The notes under the pieces: generated by a model
What the model was told of the DNA's origin: nothing
The model's input: only the letters and a program-made list of their open reading frames with translations
Databases searched by the model: none
Program-made: the position numbers and the translations under genes
Assembly: GCA_013239625.1 (NCBI GenBank)
Contig: MU054187.1
Location: 6,893,757 to 6,957,756 of the forward strand
DNA: 64,000 nt
Reading direction: 5' to 3'
Source: Lama guanicoe
Taxonomy: Eukaryota
In this document: one piece after another, positions 10,766 to 24,180 of the stretch
How positions within the stretch are numbered: position 1 is the first letter of the stretch
How the letters are laid out: each line of letters starts with the position of its first letter

Positions 10766-12484
10766 GGTAGGACTCCCAGGTGCAGTGTTCTTTCCACCAG
10801 AACCAGCTGTCTTTTTTTCCCTTTCATGTTTTTTTCCTGCTCCCACCAACTGTTGGAAGATGGAGGTGATGAGGCAGTCAGTAAGTGCAGGGGTTGAGGG
10901 GAAATGGCATTCGGAAGATGCGTTTGCTGGAGAGAATCTACATGCTAATGGCTAAGGTAACTGTGTGGGCCATTGAAAGATGGTCCATTAGCTCCTTCTA
11001 AAAGTTAAAGACACAAACAAAAGGTTTTTATTATCTTATTCCCATTTTATCTGACTTCCCCTCTCTCCGGATTGGGTAATATCACTGGGGAGAATGGACC
11101 GTTTTGAGGCGCGTGTGTTTGGGTGAGCTTTGGTTTGCAAAATCTCAGGCTTCTTTCTCCTTCCTTCATTGAGCTGCTCTGACCACCTCCCATCACTCCT
11201 CCTCCTCCAGGCTTTTGCCCTCAAGCACATTTGTGTGTTGGCCTCCAATTTCACATTCCCGTTCTTAATTCTGCTAGTGAACTTAAAGAGCACGTGACAC
11301 GCATGCGTGCCTGGCCAGAGGAAACTGCAAAGTAAATCTCTTCTGAAAAAGCAGTGCATCCCCGGGTAACAGATTCAGCAAGTCATCCCAGAACTTGAAA
11401 CATGTTTTCGTGAGGATACTTTAGATTTTGCTTGTTTTAAAATGATGTGTATTCCACTATTATAAGTGTGTAAAACACTTTATCATATGCTTTTAGTAAA
11501 CTGTAGCTGCCATATTTAAATGAATCTTAAGGGCCTGCTTTTAAATCTAAATTTCCTCCACATGTACCTCCAAGCCATCTTGTCAGAGGCCACTCAGTGA
11601 AGTGTTGAACTTAGCTTGGCAGGGATTTGCTCCCACAGAGCTTTCAATGTCTCCTCGACGGCACAGGGGGCAGTTTTGTCCCCGGATGTGGTCGTGACCA
11701 GAGGTTTATTGCTCCTTGCATCGCTTTGTGGACAGGGGACCACCCTACTCCAGTGAGGCCTCATGTTCAGGGGAACAACGTTCCAGACTCTTACTTTGCA
11801 TATCCACAGTAACAGGAGTCTTTAGAAGATTTCTAGAAAACGAGCAGCTCTTAACACATCGATGGGCTCTATGTTTTTATTTTAGAGAACGTCCTGCAAA
11901 ACGAAATAAAATTAGTAATCTTCCTTTCCCGTTTTCAAGTGAAAGTCAGTTGAGTTAACTTTCCCTCCCCTCCACATTCAGACCGTCTCATGACCACCTG
12001 TGACACTATGATGCTGAGATAAAACGCACCGAGTGGTGCCTGAATGATGGAGGTGTCAGTGGCAGTAACACGTTTTTAAACTGAGTTTTATGAAGCGTGC
12101 CACTCACTCACCATAGACACCTGGACGTGGGTGCCGAGGTGCATTTATTTTACTATGTAGATAGACTGATACTTTTGTTTGAACATGTTTTTTATTTTAA
12201 TGGCTTTTTTTTCTCTTCTGAGAAATGTAATTTGTAATCATTTAGTTTCTATTCTTTTCCTGTTTTTAAATACTCTGGTTCATCTCATGAAACTTGAAAA
12301 GTTTAGGGAAATTAAATTTTTGGCTAATAACGAGACTTTAGTTATAACGTGGTTGGTGTTGAAATCATTTCAGTAATCTGCATTAGCCAGGTTTCTACAA
12401 ATCCAAATCCATTTGTAACTCTCTTGTTCTTTAAATGTACCTCCAGGGTGTTGCATTTGCTTAGGAAAAGTGTTCTGATCGTCC

Positions 12485-12909
12485 TGTCAGTTGAACTGTG
12501 CCCTCCCCAAATTCTTAATGTTGATGTCCTAGTCCCCAGTAACTCAGAATCTGACCTTATTTGGAAAAGGGATAATTGCAGATGTAATTGGTTAGTTAAG
12601 ATGAGTATCATTATCTAAAGGGGAAGTCGGGACACAGGTGGGCACACGTGGAGGAACGCCAGGTGACAATTAAGACAGAGAACAGGGTAATAGTCCACTA
12701 GGCAAAGAAAGACAAAGAGGGCCAGCAAATCACTGGAGCTGCCAGAGAGGCGGGGGTCAGGTTCTCCCCCACAGCCCTCAGGGGGACACAACCCTGCCAA
12801 CACCTTGGTATTAAACCTCCAGCCTCCAGAACTGCAACACAATAAATTATTGTGCTTTCAGCCACTCAGTTTGTGGAACTTGTTGATGACAGCTGCAGCA
12901 AAGTAATAC
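12485..12909 (+). mobile_element. MLT1 (ERVL-MaLR) solo LTR, MLT1B/C-like
   Basis: ttgaactgtgccctccccaaattc...gaccttatttggaaa...ccagcctccagaactg...aataaatt...cagtttgtgg...taatac follows the MLT1 layout. Confidence 0.88.
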
Positions 12910-13129
12910 GGGTCTTTTATTTTTTATTTTCAAAGAACACTAATCACATGTTTCTTTGTGTTTATCTCTTTGTGTGCTTTTTTTTTTTTTTTGCTGGATT
13001 TCAAGTCCACAAACGGCAAAGACTTTGATTTATTCACAGAATCTTCCACTACACCCTGCAAAGGGTAAGCCCTCTCCAAGTCTTTGGAGAATAAATTAAT
13101 GCACAAATAAAGACCTAAACTTAACCGAG

Positions 13130-13300
13130 TGTTTTCTGATGTGCCAGGCATTGTTCTAGATACTTTATATCTATGAAATCATGTAATTCTCACAACCACT
13201 CATTTTAGAGATTCAGAAATTGAGGTCAGGAGTTTACATAACATGCCCAGGATCGCCCAGCAATGGAGTCAGGTTCACATTTGAATCTGCACTCTCTTTA
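13130..13300 (-). mobile_element. MIR SINE
   Basis: gtgccaggcattgttctag...aattctcacaaccac...cattttagag...gaaattgaggtcag...catgcccaggatc. Confidence 0.7.
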
Positions 13301-13334
13301 CTGTGTTCTTTGCTTCTTTTACTTGGAATAATAA

Positions 13335-14300
13335 ACAACATTCAGCAAATACTCATATAGTCCCAAGCACTGGGTGTACAGGTGCAGACGCTTCAGAGGT
13401 AGACCTGCTCTGACGGAGTTTATGTCTGAGGGCAGAAGGGCTGTCAATAAATGTGTAAACAAAGATTACCTAATTACAAATACTAAGTGCCATCAAGGAG
13501 ATGAGACGTGTATTACACGTAGAGTGGTGGGCGGGGTGGGGGGAATGGACAGTCAGGAAAACCTCTCAGTCATGTCAAGAGGGGGGAGTCATTCTCAGCA
13601 GAGGAAGCCAAAGGTGCGGAGCCTCCAGGTTTGAGAGAGCCTGGTGCCTTCCTGGCTGTGACCGGGGCCGGGTGTGGCCAGGGCGGAGCGTGGGGCGGAG
13701 GCCAGGCGGGGAGATGGCATTGGACCTGTGCGGGGGGGGGGGGAGCGGGTTTCATTCAAGGAGCAGTGTGAATCCGCATTTTACACGGAGTCATGGTGTC
13801 AAATGACTTGTGTTTCAAAACAGTCTCATTGCTGAGTAGAGAGGAGATTAGAGAGAAACAAGAGAAGAAACGGGAGACGGGCTGGCCTTCTGTTGTTCTG
13901 AGCCAGAAAGCATGTGAGTCAGACACATGTCACAACGGAACAGATGGGGAAGGATGGACCTGAGACGTGGCTTAGGAGGAAGAGACTAGGGCTCGCTGAG
14001 GGCTTGACCTACACATTGTGCGTAACAGGATTTAACTGCAGTGCTTTCACTGAAAGTGGGAAAATTGGGTGTTGTGGGTGTGGAGGTGGGGCCAGCAGTG
14101 TTCGGAGATGGGAGGGTTCTCTCTGAGATACTGTAGGAGTCTGACCACTGAGGCCAGGTGTATGAGCTTGGAGCTCAGAGGACAACTTTGGACTGAAGGT
14201 TCAGAACTTGGCACCATGAGCAATTGTGGCATTTAAAGTCCCGGAGGAGATCACAGAAGAGCGAAGGTATCAAGACAGATGAGCACAGCATGGACACCAC
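13335..14300 (-). mobile_element. Degenerate LINE-2
   Basis: Starts at cattcagcaaatactc (reverse L2 tail) and carries purine-rich L2 motifs such as gagctcagaggacaactttggactgaagg. Confidence 0.55.
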
Positions 14301-14721
14301 GACTCAGAGCAGTAAAACTGAGAGAAGGGAAATGAACAAAGTTTGCAGACATGGAAATATTTATATAGACTTGTTTTATTTTTCATAAACTATCAGGCAC
14401 TATTGATTTTTTAAAAAAAATTGTCCCCAGTTTTAATAAAATCATTTTCATTCTGGTCACTTCCATGTGCATTTTTGTTTTGCCTAGTTTTTTGCCCCCC
14501 TGAGAGGATAATCTTTATCATAAGATGTTGAGAAACAAATTGCTTTCTATCCCCAGAAGTGCAATAGTATTTTCTATTTTTTAAAAAAGTGAGCTGCTTT
14601 GTCCATATTTGTTCACCTTTCTCTCAGATTTTACAATGAATAGATCTCCAGGAAAGATTTGAGCAATTATCCAGATTAAATATAAAGGAAGAATTTCAGA
14701 TTTAAGAGTAAGAAATTCTGA

Positions 14722-14990
14722 GTCAACAGAGACTTAGGAAACAAACTTATGGTTACCAAAAGGGAAAAGGGGTAGGAGAGGGATAAATTAGGGGTTTGCA
14801 ATTAGCAGATACAAACTACTATGTATAAAACCGATAAACAACAAGGTCCTACTGTACAGCACAGGGAATTATATTCAATATCTTGTAATAACCTATAATG
14901 AAAAAGAATATAAAAATATATATAAATAAATGTATAACTGAATCACTATGCTATACACTGGAAACTAACACAATATTGTAAATCAACAAT
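14722..14990 (+). mobile_element. LINE-1 3' UTR fragment
   Basis: aaacaaacttatggttaccaaaaggg...aacaacaaggtcctactgtacagcacagggaa...aactaacacaatattgtaaatcaac. Confidence 0.9.
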
Positions 14991-17257
14991 GTTGAACCAA
15001 TATTATTTAAGATTTTGGCATTAGAGACAAAATACATATTAATATAAACTTTGCCATTTATTTGAAAAAGTTTGGATATGTGAGCCGAATAAAAACCCCT
15101 GGGTCTATTTATGAATATTTTGACAATTTTCTTAAGCATTTGTTTTCATCAGGTGAAGTGCATCTTGCTTTAAAACCCAGGATTTCAAATGCTTAATAAA
15201 AATTACTCGTTGAAGGTAAAAATAAAAATCAGAATGGAAAACACAAAATTGGGGAGCTTTTGGAACGAAACAGCAAGCCATCTTCTTTCCCTTCTTTCCA
15301 AAGCCCCGGTGAATGGAGCAATACCATTAGGGCTGGAAAGAAAACAGATGACCAGCAAGACTGAGGGGTGCAGGGAGATCAGGAGCAGAGCGTGTTCGCT
15401 CAGAGCCCTAACGGAAGGCTGTGTGCGTGCGGGCCCAGAGCTGCTCTGTGTTAGGTAGAAACCCAGCACTTAATCTGCTTGCCAGGAGGGGCGCCCTGAC
15501 ACAGGGCTGGAGAATGGGGTGTCTTTCAGTTTTGCATTTTGAAACTTAGCTGCCTAATATTCTGAGCTGATATGGAATCAGAGAATAAATACATATAATC
15601 ATTCTGAAAGTAAAGCTGATTCATAGGTAAGTAAGGATTTGTAGTAACTTAGAACCGAGAAGATGAAAAAGAAAACCACAAATGATTATCTTTTTAATTG
15701 TTTATTTTGATTTTCTTGAAATACTTTTTATTTGTGCTTTAAAGTAATGTTAACATTAATTTTGAAAAAGAGAGATGTTTCAAACAACTTTGAAGACGTT
15801 TTGAGTGTCAATTTTAGATGGACTATTTGGTAAATACTTGATAAGGTTAAAGTGGACCTTTTTTAGGTGCATCAAAAGTGTATGCTTTTAATCCCCGTTA
15901 ACACTAATTGATGTTAATGTGTGTGAATCTTCAAGCATTTACGACAGAATATAACATTATGCTAAAAGATTACACTTCATCAATGATTTGTATTCAGAAT
16001 GCCAGTTATATGGTAGAACAAGCAAATGACCCAGAGCACAAACTATCTAATTTACATTTTTAATTTGATCTATTTGGCAGAGATACTAAAATAAAATAGG
16101 AGATAGGCTCTAAATGTCCTTTGATGGAACATTCTTTACATTGTCTAGGCAGAGTACTGGAGAACAGGTAATTTAGGATGGGCATAGTGAAAAACAAACA
16201 AAGTTAGGGAAGGTGAAACTTCGAACTAGCAGATTGTTCTTTGACTCTTGTAAGAGGGTCCCCAGTTCCTTGATTTGGATGAGAAGCATCTGTCTATTGG
16301 GAAAGGAAAATGAGGGTGAAGACCAGGGGGCAACAGGAGTTGGGGTGGGGGCAAGGGCTCTGATGGCAAGAATTAGATGGTCCTTTGTTAAGCGGAGCTG
16401 GGGTAAGATCATGGCAATGTTAATGATCTTGTTCTGTCTTTCTAGGGTTTTTTTTTCTTTTTTTTTTTCTTTTCTGTATAGAAGAGCACTCTTTAGAGTG
16501 GTTTTCCCAATTAATATTCCTGAGTCATTAAGTAAAATTAAATGTTTGGGTTTCTTCTCTCCACCCCGTCTATAGGTACTTGCACTGAGAATGGTTTCAT
16601 ACAGAGGCCCCGTTCCTTTATTAACGAGAGGTACTGGAATAACATCTTAGCAATCAGATTCTCGTAAGCGATTATGAGCTCAATGGATGTAATGATAAGG
16701 CGTAAATACATTTCTGACGGTTTCTCTCTCTTCCAGTCATCGGAGACCTGGTGTGCTTTGGTGTTGATTAATACGTAGTGTAGTAAGTGCTTACGTGTGG
16801 AAAGCCCAGTCTATATAGGTTGACTGGTCAAATTGGTTAATTAAGGTACAGAGTGGAATGCTCTGCACTCGTACTGATAACTAGCTGTGACTGATCATAA
16901 TTAAGATAATGGGAAATATAAAATTCTCGTTAATGGCACCTCATTATCAATCTGTATTTAAAATGTAAATTCTTGATGAGAGTGCTCTTTCGAATTATAG
17001 TTTATGGAAGGTACCATATTTTAGATTTCAGGGGTCCTTAAGAAATCGTCTAGACCCATCCTTAGCGCTTCAGCAAGACAGCGCGAAAATCTTTGATACC
17101 ATAGACCCTCCTGTTGATTCTTAAATATCTCTCAGAACGGAAATTTTTCCTGGTAGCAAAACCCTCCTTACAGTTAAAATGAATTTCTTGCACTGTGATT
17201 TCTATGCTATCTTCTGTACATTTGCCTTTTATCTGGAAGATAAGTAACAGATGGAAG

Positions 17258-17680
17258 TGATGATGTGCTGAGACCAGCTCATGCCAGCTGGGGAGAGTTT
17301 CCCCTTATGTTCCCAGAAATTCTGTGAGCCAGTTGTTAAACACAGCCTTTATTAAACATTCATTGTATACATTTTAAATTGTATTAAAGGCAAACATAAT
17401 AAACTTTTACCCAAACTCAACCCTTCCTAATTATTTTACCACATTGCACTGTTATCTGTGCCCCAGGGACAAGCTTATATCTATGGTGTCTGTATGGTAG
17501 AAATTCTGTGTAACAGCCTGCTGTTTAGCATTGTTCTCCAACTCTGCATCCAGTGACATCACATTGGTAGCTAAAAGTCTATTATTGTGGAAGTGTTCAC
17601 ATCATGAAGGTCCACAGACTCCAATTAGGCCCTCCTCTCACTGCTCAGAGCCAGTTACTGATCGTTTACCAGCTGCCCTG
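17258..17680 (+). mobile_element. MER63B-like hAT-Blackjack DNA transposon, near full length
   Basis: gatgtgctgagaccagctc...gagccagttgttaaacacagcc...cttcctaattattttaccacatt...cagtgacatcacattggtagct...gagccagtt...tttaccagc. Confidence 0.8.
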
Positions 17681-19836
17681 GGGTGGGGCTTTCATCAGAA
17701 GAAAGCCCATTTTCTTCCTGGTACATATAGGAACTGATTTATAAGCCCCTAATGCAACTAATTAATGCATGAATAGAAAGTATATTTCCTAACCTAAATG
17801 TTTTATGTGTTGCTTTGAATGCATCTGTAAAGTTGTCTAAACATAATGGAGAAGTTTTTATTTTCAAAAATTCCAATATTAACTCCTTTTATATGACAGC
17901 TTTCGAATCACCCTAAACATTGTAGTTGATACCTGACTTGTGACTAGTGATCCAGGATTGACAGTGGTTCATAAGTGTCACTCCCAGGTGACTGACTAGA
18001 CTCTAGAATCCCTCCCTGAGAGGGAAAGTCGTTTCTGCTAGTGGGTGTTGATTGGTTCCCATCAATGGGATGAGGAAGGGGGACACTCCGTGCCCAGCTG
18101 CCCCACCTGCCTACCTGTTGGTCCTCGTTAGCTCCTTCCACAGGGATGTCCAGTGATTGGTGGCAAAAAGATCAAATTACCCTCTTACACCACATCCGGT
18201 TCTTTCAGGCTTGGGGTAAGCTTCGACTTTCCATTGTCGCCTACATTGAAATGCTAAATATTCAGTCTTGCAGGAGTCTGCGAGAGATGATTTATTTGAG
18301 AACACGCTAAGAGATTATTTGGCTCATAAAATCTATTTTCTGAATTTTAAAAAATAATCAGTTACAAATCCTATTGCATCTCAGTTCCCTTGTTTCGTCC
18401 CTGTAACATCTCCATGAGGCAGATATTAGTATTATTCCCACTTACAGCTTAGAAAAATTAGGCAGTATATGGAAAGCAGATGCTATGATACAGGTTAAGG
18501 CATCAGAAATGTGAAACTGAGGGTAACAAAATTTTGCGTGTGTTACCTGATGACTGGATTAGAAGAATTGTTTCTCTGGGCTCAGGCCAAACTTGTTGAG
18601 TGAAAGAGTAGTTCTTTAAGCAAGCAATTTCTTTACATAGAATGTGATTTTTAAAATATGATCCAAGTAACTTAAGTAATAAGAAGAGGCATGTAACTCT
18701 TTGGCATGGCCTTCTTTTTCTCGCATTTCTGTTAGTAGAAGGTAGCTTTCCTCGTGATGGTTACCTATTTTTAGATTCCCTCAGGAGGCACCCCCATTTA
18801 TCCCACAACAAAAGAATGAAATGCAAGCTTTCTGCAGACCAAATACTCTGCAATTTTAGCATGCTCTACTTTTTTCTACAGATAAACCACTTCTGACAGT
18901 GCTCTCACTGTCCAGATACAATCTTCTAATACCATCGGGGCCTCTACTTGTAAGTATCCTCTCTGTAAGACTTGAAGCCACGAATCCTTTTTGCTCTCTG
19001 ATGGGAAACTCCCTTGACCCGGGAGTGTATGGTTGTCAGAGATCTAAATATAGCAGCCACATCATTGACTGAGTGTCTTAAACGCAGGCCCAATTAGGGA
19101 AAAGATTAGAAGAAGCCGTTGAACCTTTAGGAAGCCTGCAAAGATTCCCTCCCAGCCTTTTCATCTAAAAGGAGTCGTGGTTGGAGGTACGGATGGAGTT
19201 GTCCCCGGGGATCTGTCCTTCTCACGCGTGGCTGTGTTGAAGCGTTTCACAAGTCGGAGACTTAACGTTTTGTAACATTTCACAGCGTCATACAGAGGAG
19301 CGCTGGTCATCTGTTATTAATATGTTAGTTTGACTAGTCCTAAGTGTCTTTGTACGTACTTTTTAACTCCTTCACTCCCGATACTCCTGATGGAAGGCAG
19401 AGGTTTGGGGGAGTTTAGGGTATACATAATGGCTCACTTTTCATTCCAGACAACACAAGTACAGAATGTTTTTTTTTTTTTAGTATATTTTTCTTTATTT
19501 ATGACAAATTAGTTTGGTAGTTGGAAAAAATATGCACAGATTCCAATTCAAGATGCTTTACTTTTGTTCCATTATACTGAAGAAATAATATTATTTGCAT
19601 ATTTTAGGGGACCATACCAAAGCTGGAGAGATAACTTAAATATATTTTCAGACATCCAAACTTTGTATTTCTTATGTTTTTAGTCATCAAAAAATTTAAT
19701 TTGATTTTGAAAGGTTGGTGAGTTGCCATTCTACCAATGAAAGGTTTAAAATGCCCTTAGGGGAATGGTGGTTAAAGCCCTTTTTTACTAATGGAAATAC
19801 ACTTCTTTTGTTGATTTGTATCTTGCATTATATTTA

Positions 19837-19909
19837 TGTATTTATTATTTGTATATATATTTTATTGAAGTATAGTCAGTTGACAGCTTGTATCAATTTC
19901 TGGTGTACA
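19837..19909 (-). mobile_element. Very short LINE-1 3' terminus with 12-bp target-site duplication
   Basis: tttattgaagtatagtcagttgacag...caatttctggtgtaca is an L1 3' end, flanked by gcattatattta at 19825-19836 and 19910-19921. Confidence 0.8.
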
Positions 19910-21989
19910 GCATTATATTTAACTAAGCGGTAATCTGAAATTCAGATTTGGGTCAAACTTGACCTGCAACGCGATGTGCTTTCCATGACCCCCAGTGAAA
20001 GGAAAGGCGATGGAGAACCATCATCCCCCAGGCCTCGGGGCTGCACTGGGGGTGGCTCGCTGTGGTGTACTCACAGTGTTCTCCAAGGTGCTTAAGTGAG
20101 TACCGGAGGCTGACCTTATGGGGGAACTGCAACCAGACGGCAGGATTAGTGCTCTAAGGACAGCGTTTAACATGATCCAGCTTGACCCAAGATGGCAGCG
20201 GAAAGTTCGCAGACCTTAGAAGTAGGTTGTCCGGATTGAAGTAAATGTGACGGAGAAGATAGTGCAGTAAGTCACGGCACGTTTTACAAGCTTCATCTGT
20301 AAGCCTAAGGGAAAAAAATCCTAGGACATTTCTGGGAGTTCCTGATATTTGGACTTACTTTTTTCTAACACATTCAGATATAGGGGAAAGGGTGTTTTTG
20401 ACAGCATTAAACTACCCATTCGTGTGTAAGCTCCATTATGTGCAATAATCATCTGCGGGAAAGTCCTGGAGATAAAGATCAGAAGAGTAATAACTGCAGA
20501 CAAAGGAGACTCAGCAGCCTGAGACCCTCACGGCAGAGACTATTGAAATGCATACGTGTTCTCATGATACGTAGCGATCCTGTCTTGTCAGCGCCGATCA
20601 GGTATAGTTAAACAAAAGGATGTGATGATTTAGTGAAATATTTTGAGAAATGTACAGTCAAACTTAAAGCGGATGCTAATTCGGAAATAGTTCAGATGGA
20701 AAAATGGAGTTCAGCCTGACGGTGTTCAGCATCACAAGGAACTGTCTCAGGATGTTGTAAGGAAAATGCACTCCCCCGGCCCCCGCCACCTCCTCCTGCT
20801 TCTGTCTGTGTTTTCTTTGTCTCTGGAACCACTGTTCCCCTCTGTGGATTCTGATCCAGCCCTGTTACTGAACCAGTATTGACAATCAGAATGGCATGTG
20901 TATCATCAGCTCTTCAACTGGTTGCCGTTAAGACTTTAAATCATATACTTAAAACTTTTTTTTTCTCAGAAGCAGAAAGAATGAATGATAACAATACAGC
21001 AAGATGACTTACCAGGGAGACTTGGACACCTTACAAGACTGGCCCCTTGTTCCCTCTTACCCACTTGGTTCCCATGCTTTCTTGGTGGTTCCCGAGGTCT
21101 GACACCTGCTCACCTGTGTTTCTAACCTGTGTTACTGCACTGGGCCTATCGGTCTAGGAAGGTGCAATTGTTGTTAACTTAGCACCATATTTAGCTCCAT
21201 CTGTTACTTGTGCTTCGTGCATCCATCTCTTACTGCAGAGAAAGATGTGGGCACTGAGGTTTACATACCGACTTCTGTCATGGAGCATCCTCCTTCCGCA
21301 AACCCCAGCTGCAGCTCGATCTGTTCAGCTGCCCATTGTGACGGTAAAATTACAACGGAACAGTGCCTGTGGCGCTGCTCCTGTGACCGTCACCTGCCGG
21401 CGTCATGCCGTGAATCCTCTCCTGGGCTGTATTTTTGTGAGCGTGGCACTCTTCTGGAGGCCCTCAGAGGCCACCTGGCGCAGTGTTTTATGAGCTGGCC
21501 TTTCCCACTCGTATAGCTGAGACAGGAGCCATGTGAAATTTCCAGAACAACCACTTCCTTGACATCAGAGAAAAGTGATATCAGAAGCTTGTGCCTTACA
21601 GCAGCACAGGGTGGATGAAACAGGTGCATAAAAGGTGCCGTTACAGAAGGCGAGTTTGACGTTAATTTAGGTGTGCAAGTGATCAATTCTTAACTGTCTC
21701 CATCCCAAGTCCTTGTTTAAAATGACTACCTACCTTGAGGGTAGACGTTTGTTTCTTTTTACCAGTCCATTTGCTTTTCCCACCACAGTGAAGGCACAGC
21801 GGTGACTGCTCTATAATTACTCTCTTCTGCAAAATGGCAGGCGTGCTCCAGCTCTGTAAACACTTTTGTCTGCACAAGATGTGTTGTGAAGTTTCCTGGA
21901 AGAAGATTTTGGAAATTACTTCTATGACGCTTTAAAGAGAATAGAATGGACTGGGGCTGCTTCTGTCTAAGAGGATAGATCCAGGCTGC

Positions 21990-22380
21990 CTCAGTTGGTG
22001 TTCTCCAGAGAGACAGAACCATGATGATGTGCAGACATATATCCCATTATATGCATATATGAGGAGATTTCTTAGAGGAGCTGGTTTATGTGATAATGGA
22101 GGCTGGACATCCCCACCTGTTGTCTACAAACTGGAGAACTAGGAAGTCCAGTCCAAGTCTGAGGACCAGGAGGGCTGACGTCCAAGGGCAGGAGAAGACA
22201 GGAGTTCCAGCTCAGACAGAGAGAGCAAATTCTCCCTTCCTCTGCCCTCTTGTTCTCTTCGGGTTATCAGCAGATAGTGCCCACCAGCATTCCTGAGCGT
22301 GATCTGCTTTGGTTGGTCTGCTGGTCCAGATGCTAAACTCTTGTCAGAGGCACCCTGACCGGCGTATCTAGAAGTGATGC
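21990..22380 (-). mobile_element. MLT2 (ERVL) LTR, truncated
   Basis: gttctccagagagacagaacc...gtgataatggaggctgg...caagggcaggagaagac...cagctcagacagagagagcaaattctcccttcctctgcc. Confidence 0.85.
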
Positions 22381-23415
22381 TTTTTTTCCACTTTTACTGA
22401 GGAATAGTCGACATATACTACTGCATAAGTTTAAAGTGTACAGCATGAAGGTTTAATTTACATACATTGTGAAAACGATTATAGCAGTAAGTTCAGCTAA
22501 TACTCATCATGCCGCATAGACACAATACAAAACAAAGAGAGAGAAAAGAAAAAAACGTACTTGGCTCATGATGAGAACCAGTAGAATCTACTCTCTTAAC
22601 AACTTTCCTGTACGCCATACAGCAGTGTTAGCTACGTCATCGTTCTGTACGCTACATCCCTAGTACTTACTTATCTTGTAACTGGACAGCTGTACTTTGT
22701 GACCGCCTTCCTCCAGCCACCCTCAACCCTCCTCCACCTCTGGTAATCTGTATCTGATCTCTTTTTCCATCAGTTTGTTGCTTTTTTTAGATTCCATGTA
22801 TAAGTGAGAGCATAAAGAATTGGTCTTTCTTTGCCTTATTTCACTTAGCATAATGCCTTCACGGTCATCCCATGTTGTTACAAAAGATGGGATTTTCTTA
22901 TTTTTTTATGGCTGAAATAAATATTCCAGTTATTATATATATATCATATAATAACTTCTTTATCCATTCATCCATCAGTGGACACTTAGGGTGTTTCCAT
23001 GTCTTAGCTATTGTTAATAATGCTGCTGTGAACATGGGGGTAAAGATATCCGTTTGAATTAGTGTTTTTGTTTCCTGTGGGTCTATTCCCAAAGGTGGAG
23101 TTGCTGGATCATATGGTATTTCTATTATGCATTTTGGGGGGAACCTCCATATTGCTTTCCATACTGGCTGTACCAGTTTACAATCCCACCAACAGTGTCT
23201 TTTCTGGACATCCACACCAGCATTTGTTAGCTCTTGTTTTTTTTGTTTGTTTGTTTGTTTGTTTTTGATGCTGACCATGTTAACAGGTATGAAGTGATAC
23301 TTCAGTGTGGCTTTAATTTGCATTTCCTAATGACTGATAATATTGAGCATCTTTTCATGTACCCACTGGCCTTTTGTATATATTCCTTGGAAAAATGTCT
23401 GTTTTCTTTTTTTTT
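22381..23415 (-). mobile_element. 5'-truncated LINE-1 (L1MA-like)
   Basis: Minus ORF 22898-23323 gives MQIKATLKYH...HCWWDCKLVQPVWK...EIPYDPA...FTAALLTIAKTWKHPKCP, the Cys-rich ORF2p C-terminus. T-rich tail at 22381. Confidence 0.93.
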
Positions 23416-23964
23416 AATTTTCAAAGAAGCTCTGAGTGCTTGTTAATAAATCTCACATGATAAGAAATTGAGAGGGAAGTCGTTGCTGGGGTTGGATTAC
23501 CAGTTCAACGATGTTCAGGCTCTACGTGACGTTTCTGGGATTCTCTGGGTCTTTGCTGCTCTCGTGACGCTATGCCTCCTGCAGTTCCAAGCCGCATGCT
23601 TTCACATGAAAATACTCAACTTGGGAAGGAAGTGGGCAGATGGAAAAGAGCCTTTCTTCTTTCACAGCCCTCCTTTCATTGGGAAAGAAAGTTTTTTCCA
23701 GGTTTCTCTGCATCTTTAATTGACCACTACTGGGTCACCTGCCCTCTCTGGACCAGTCTGTACAGAACTGTCCAGGCATAGTTTAGTGTGACCCAGCTGC
23801 CGGGGAGGACTCCTCGCAGTATGGACAGATCCAGCATCCTACGGGCGAGGAGGACATGAGAGTGGCTCTTCTGTGCGTTTCTCTGAAGACCTAAACTTAG
23901 CAGAAAATGGCATAACCACTGACAACATTGCAATCAGTTAGGAGGTGTGGTCATAGCTCAACTT

Positions 23965-24180
23965 TATAGAGTATCTGTTATGCCAGGAATTTTATGTAAT
24001 TCTATTTTTCATCCAAACCCTGCACGTAGCCAACATTACTCCTATTTTACTGATAGGGAGAATGAGATGTAGAGAGGCTGAGTGTCTTGCCCAAGGTCAC
24101 ATCACTGGGAGGCAAAGCAGAGCTGGGAATCGAGCTTTGCATCATGAATGTGTAGACCCAGGTCCTTTCTGCTATGTTAC
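23965..24180 (-). mobile_element. MIR SINE
   Basis: cctattttactgatagggagaatgagatgtagagaggctgagtgtcttgcccaaggtcacatcac...gcagagctgggaatcga. Confidence 0.8.

Noticed and set aside
15624..15632. TAG|GTAAGT as a recursive splice site
   Set aside because: Good donor, but no pyrimidine tract upstream of the AG.
20140..20170. Possible REST/RE1 site (aaggacagcg)
   Set aside because: Only the right half-site matches; the TCAGCACC left half is absent.
21005..21025. gacttaccagggagac resembling the 5' end of U1 snRNA
   Set aside because: Similarity is too short and does not extend into U1 stem-loops.
22898..23323. 141-aa ORF with an HCWWDC motif
   Set aside because: Fragment of L1 ORF2p in a 5'-truncated dead element, not a host gene.
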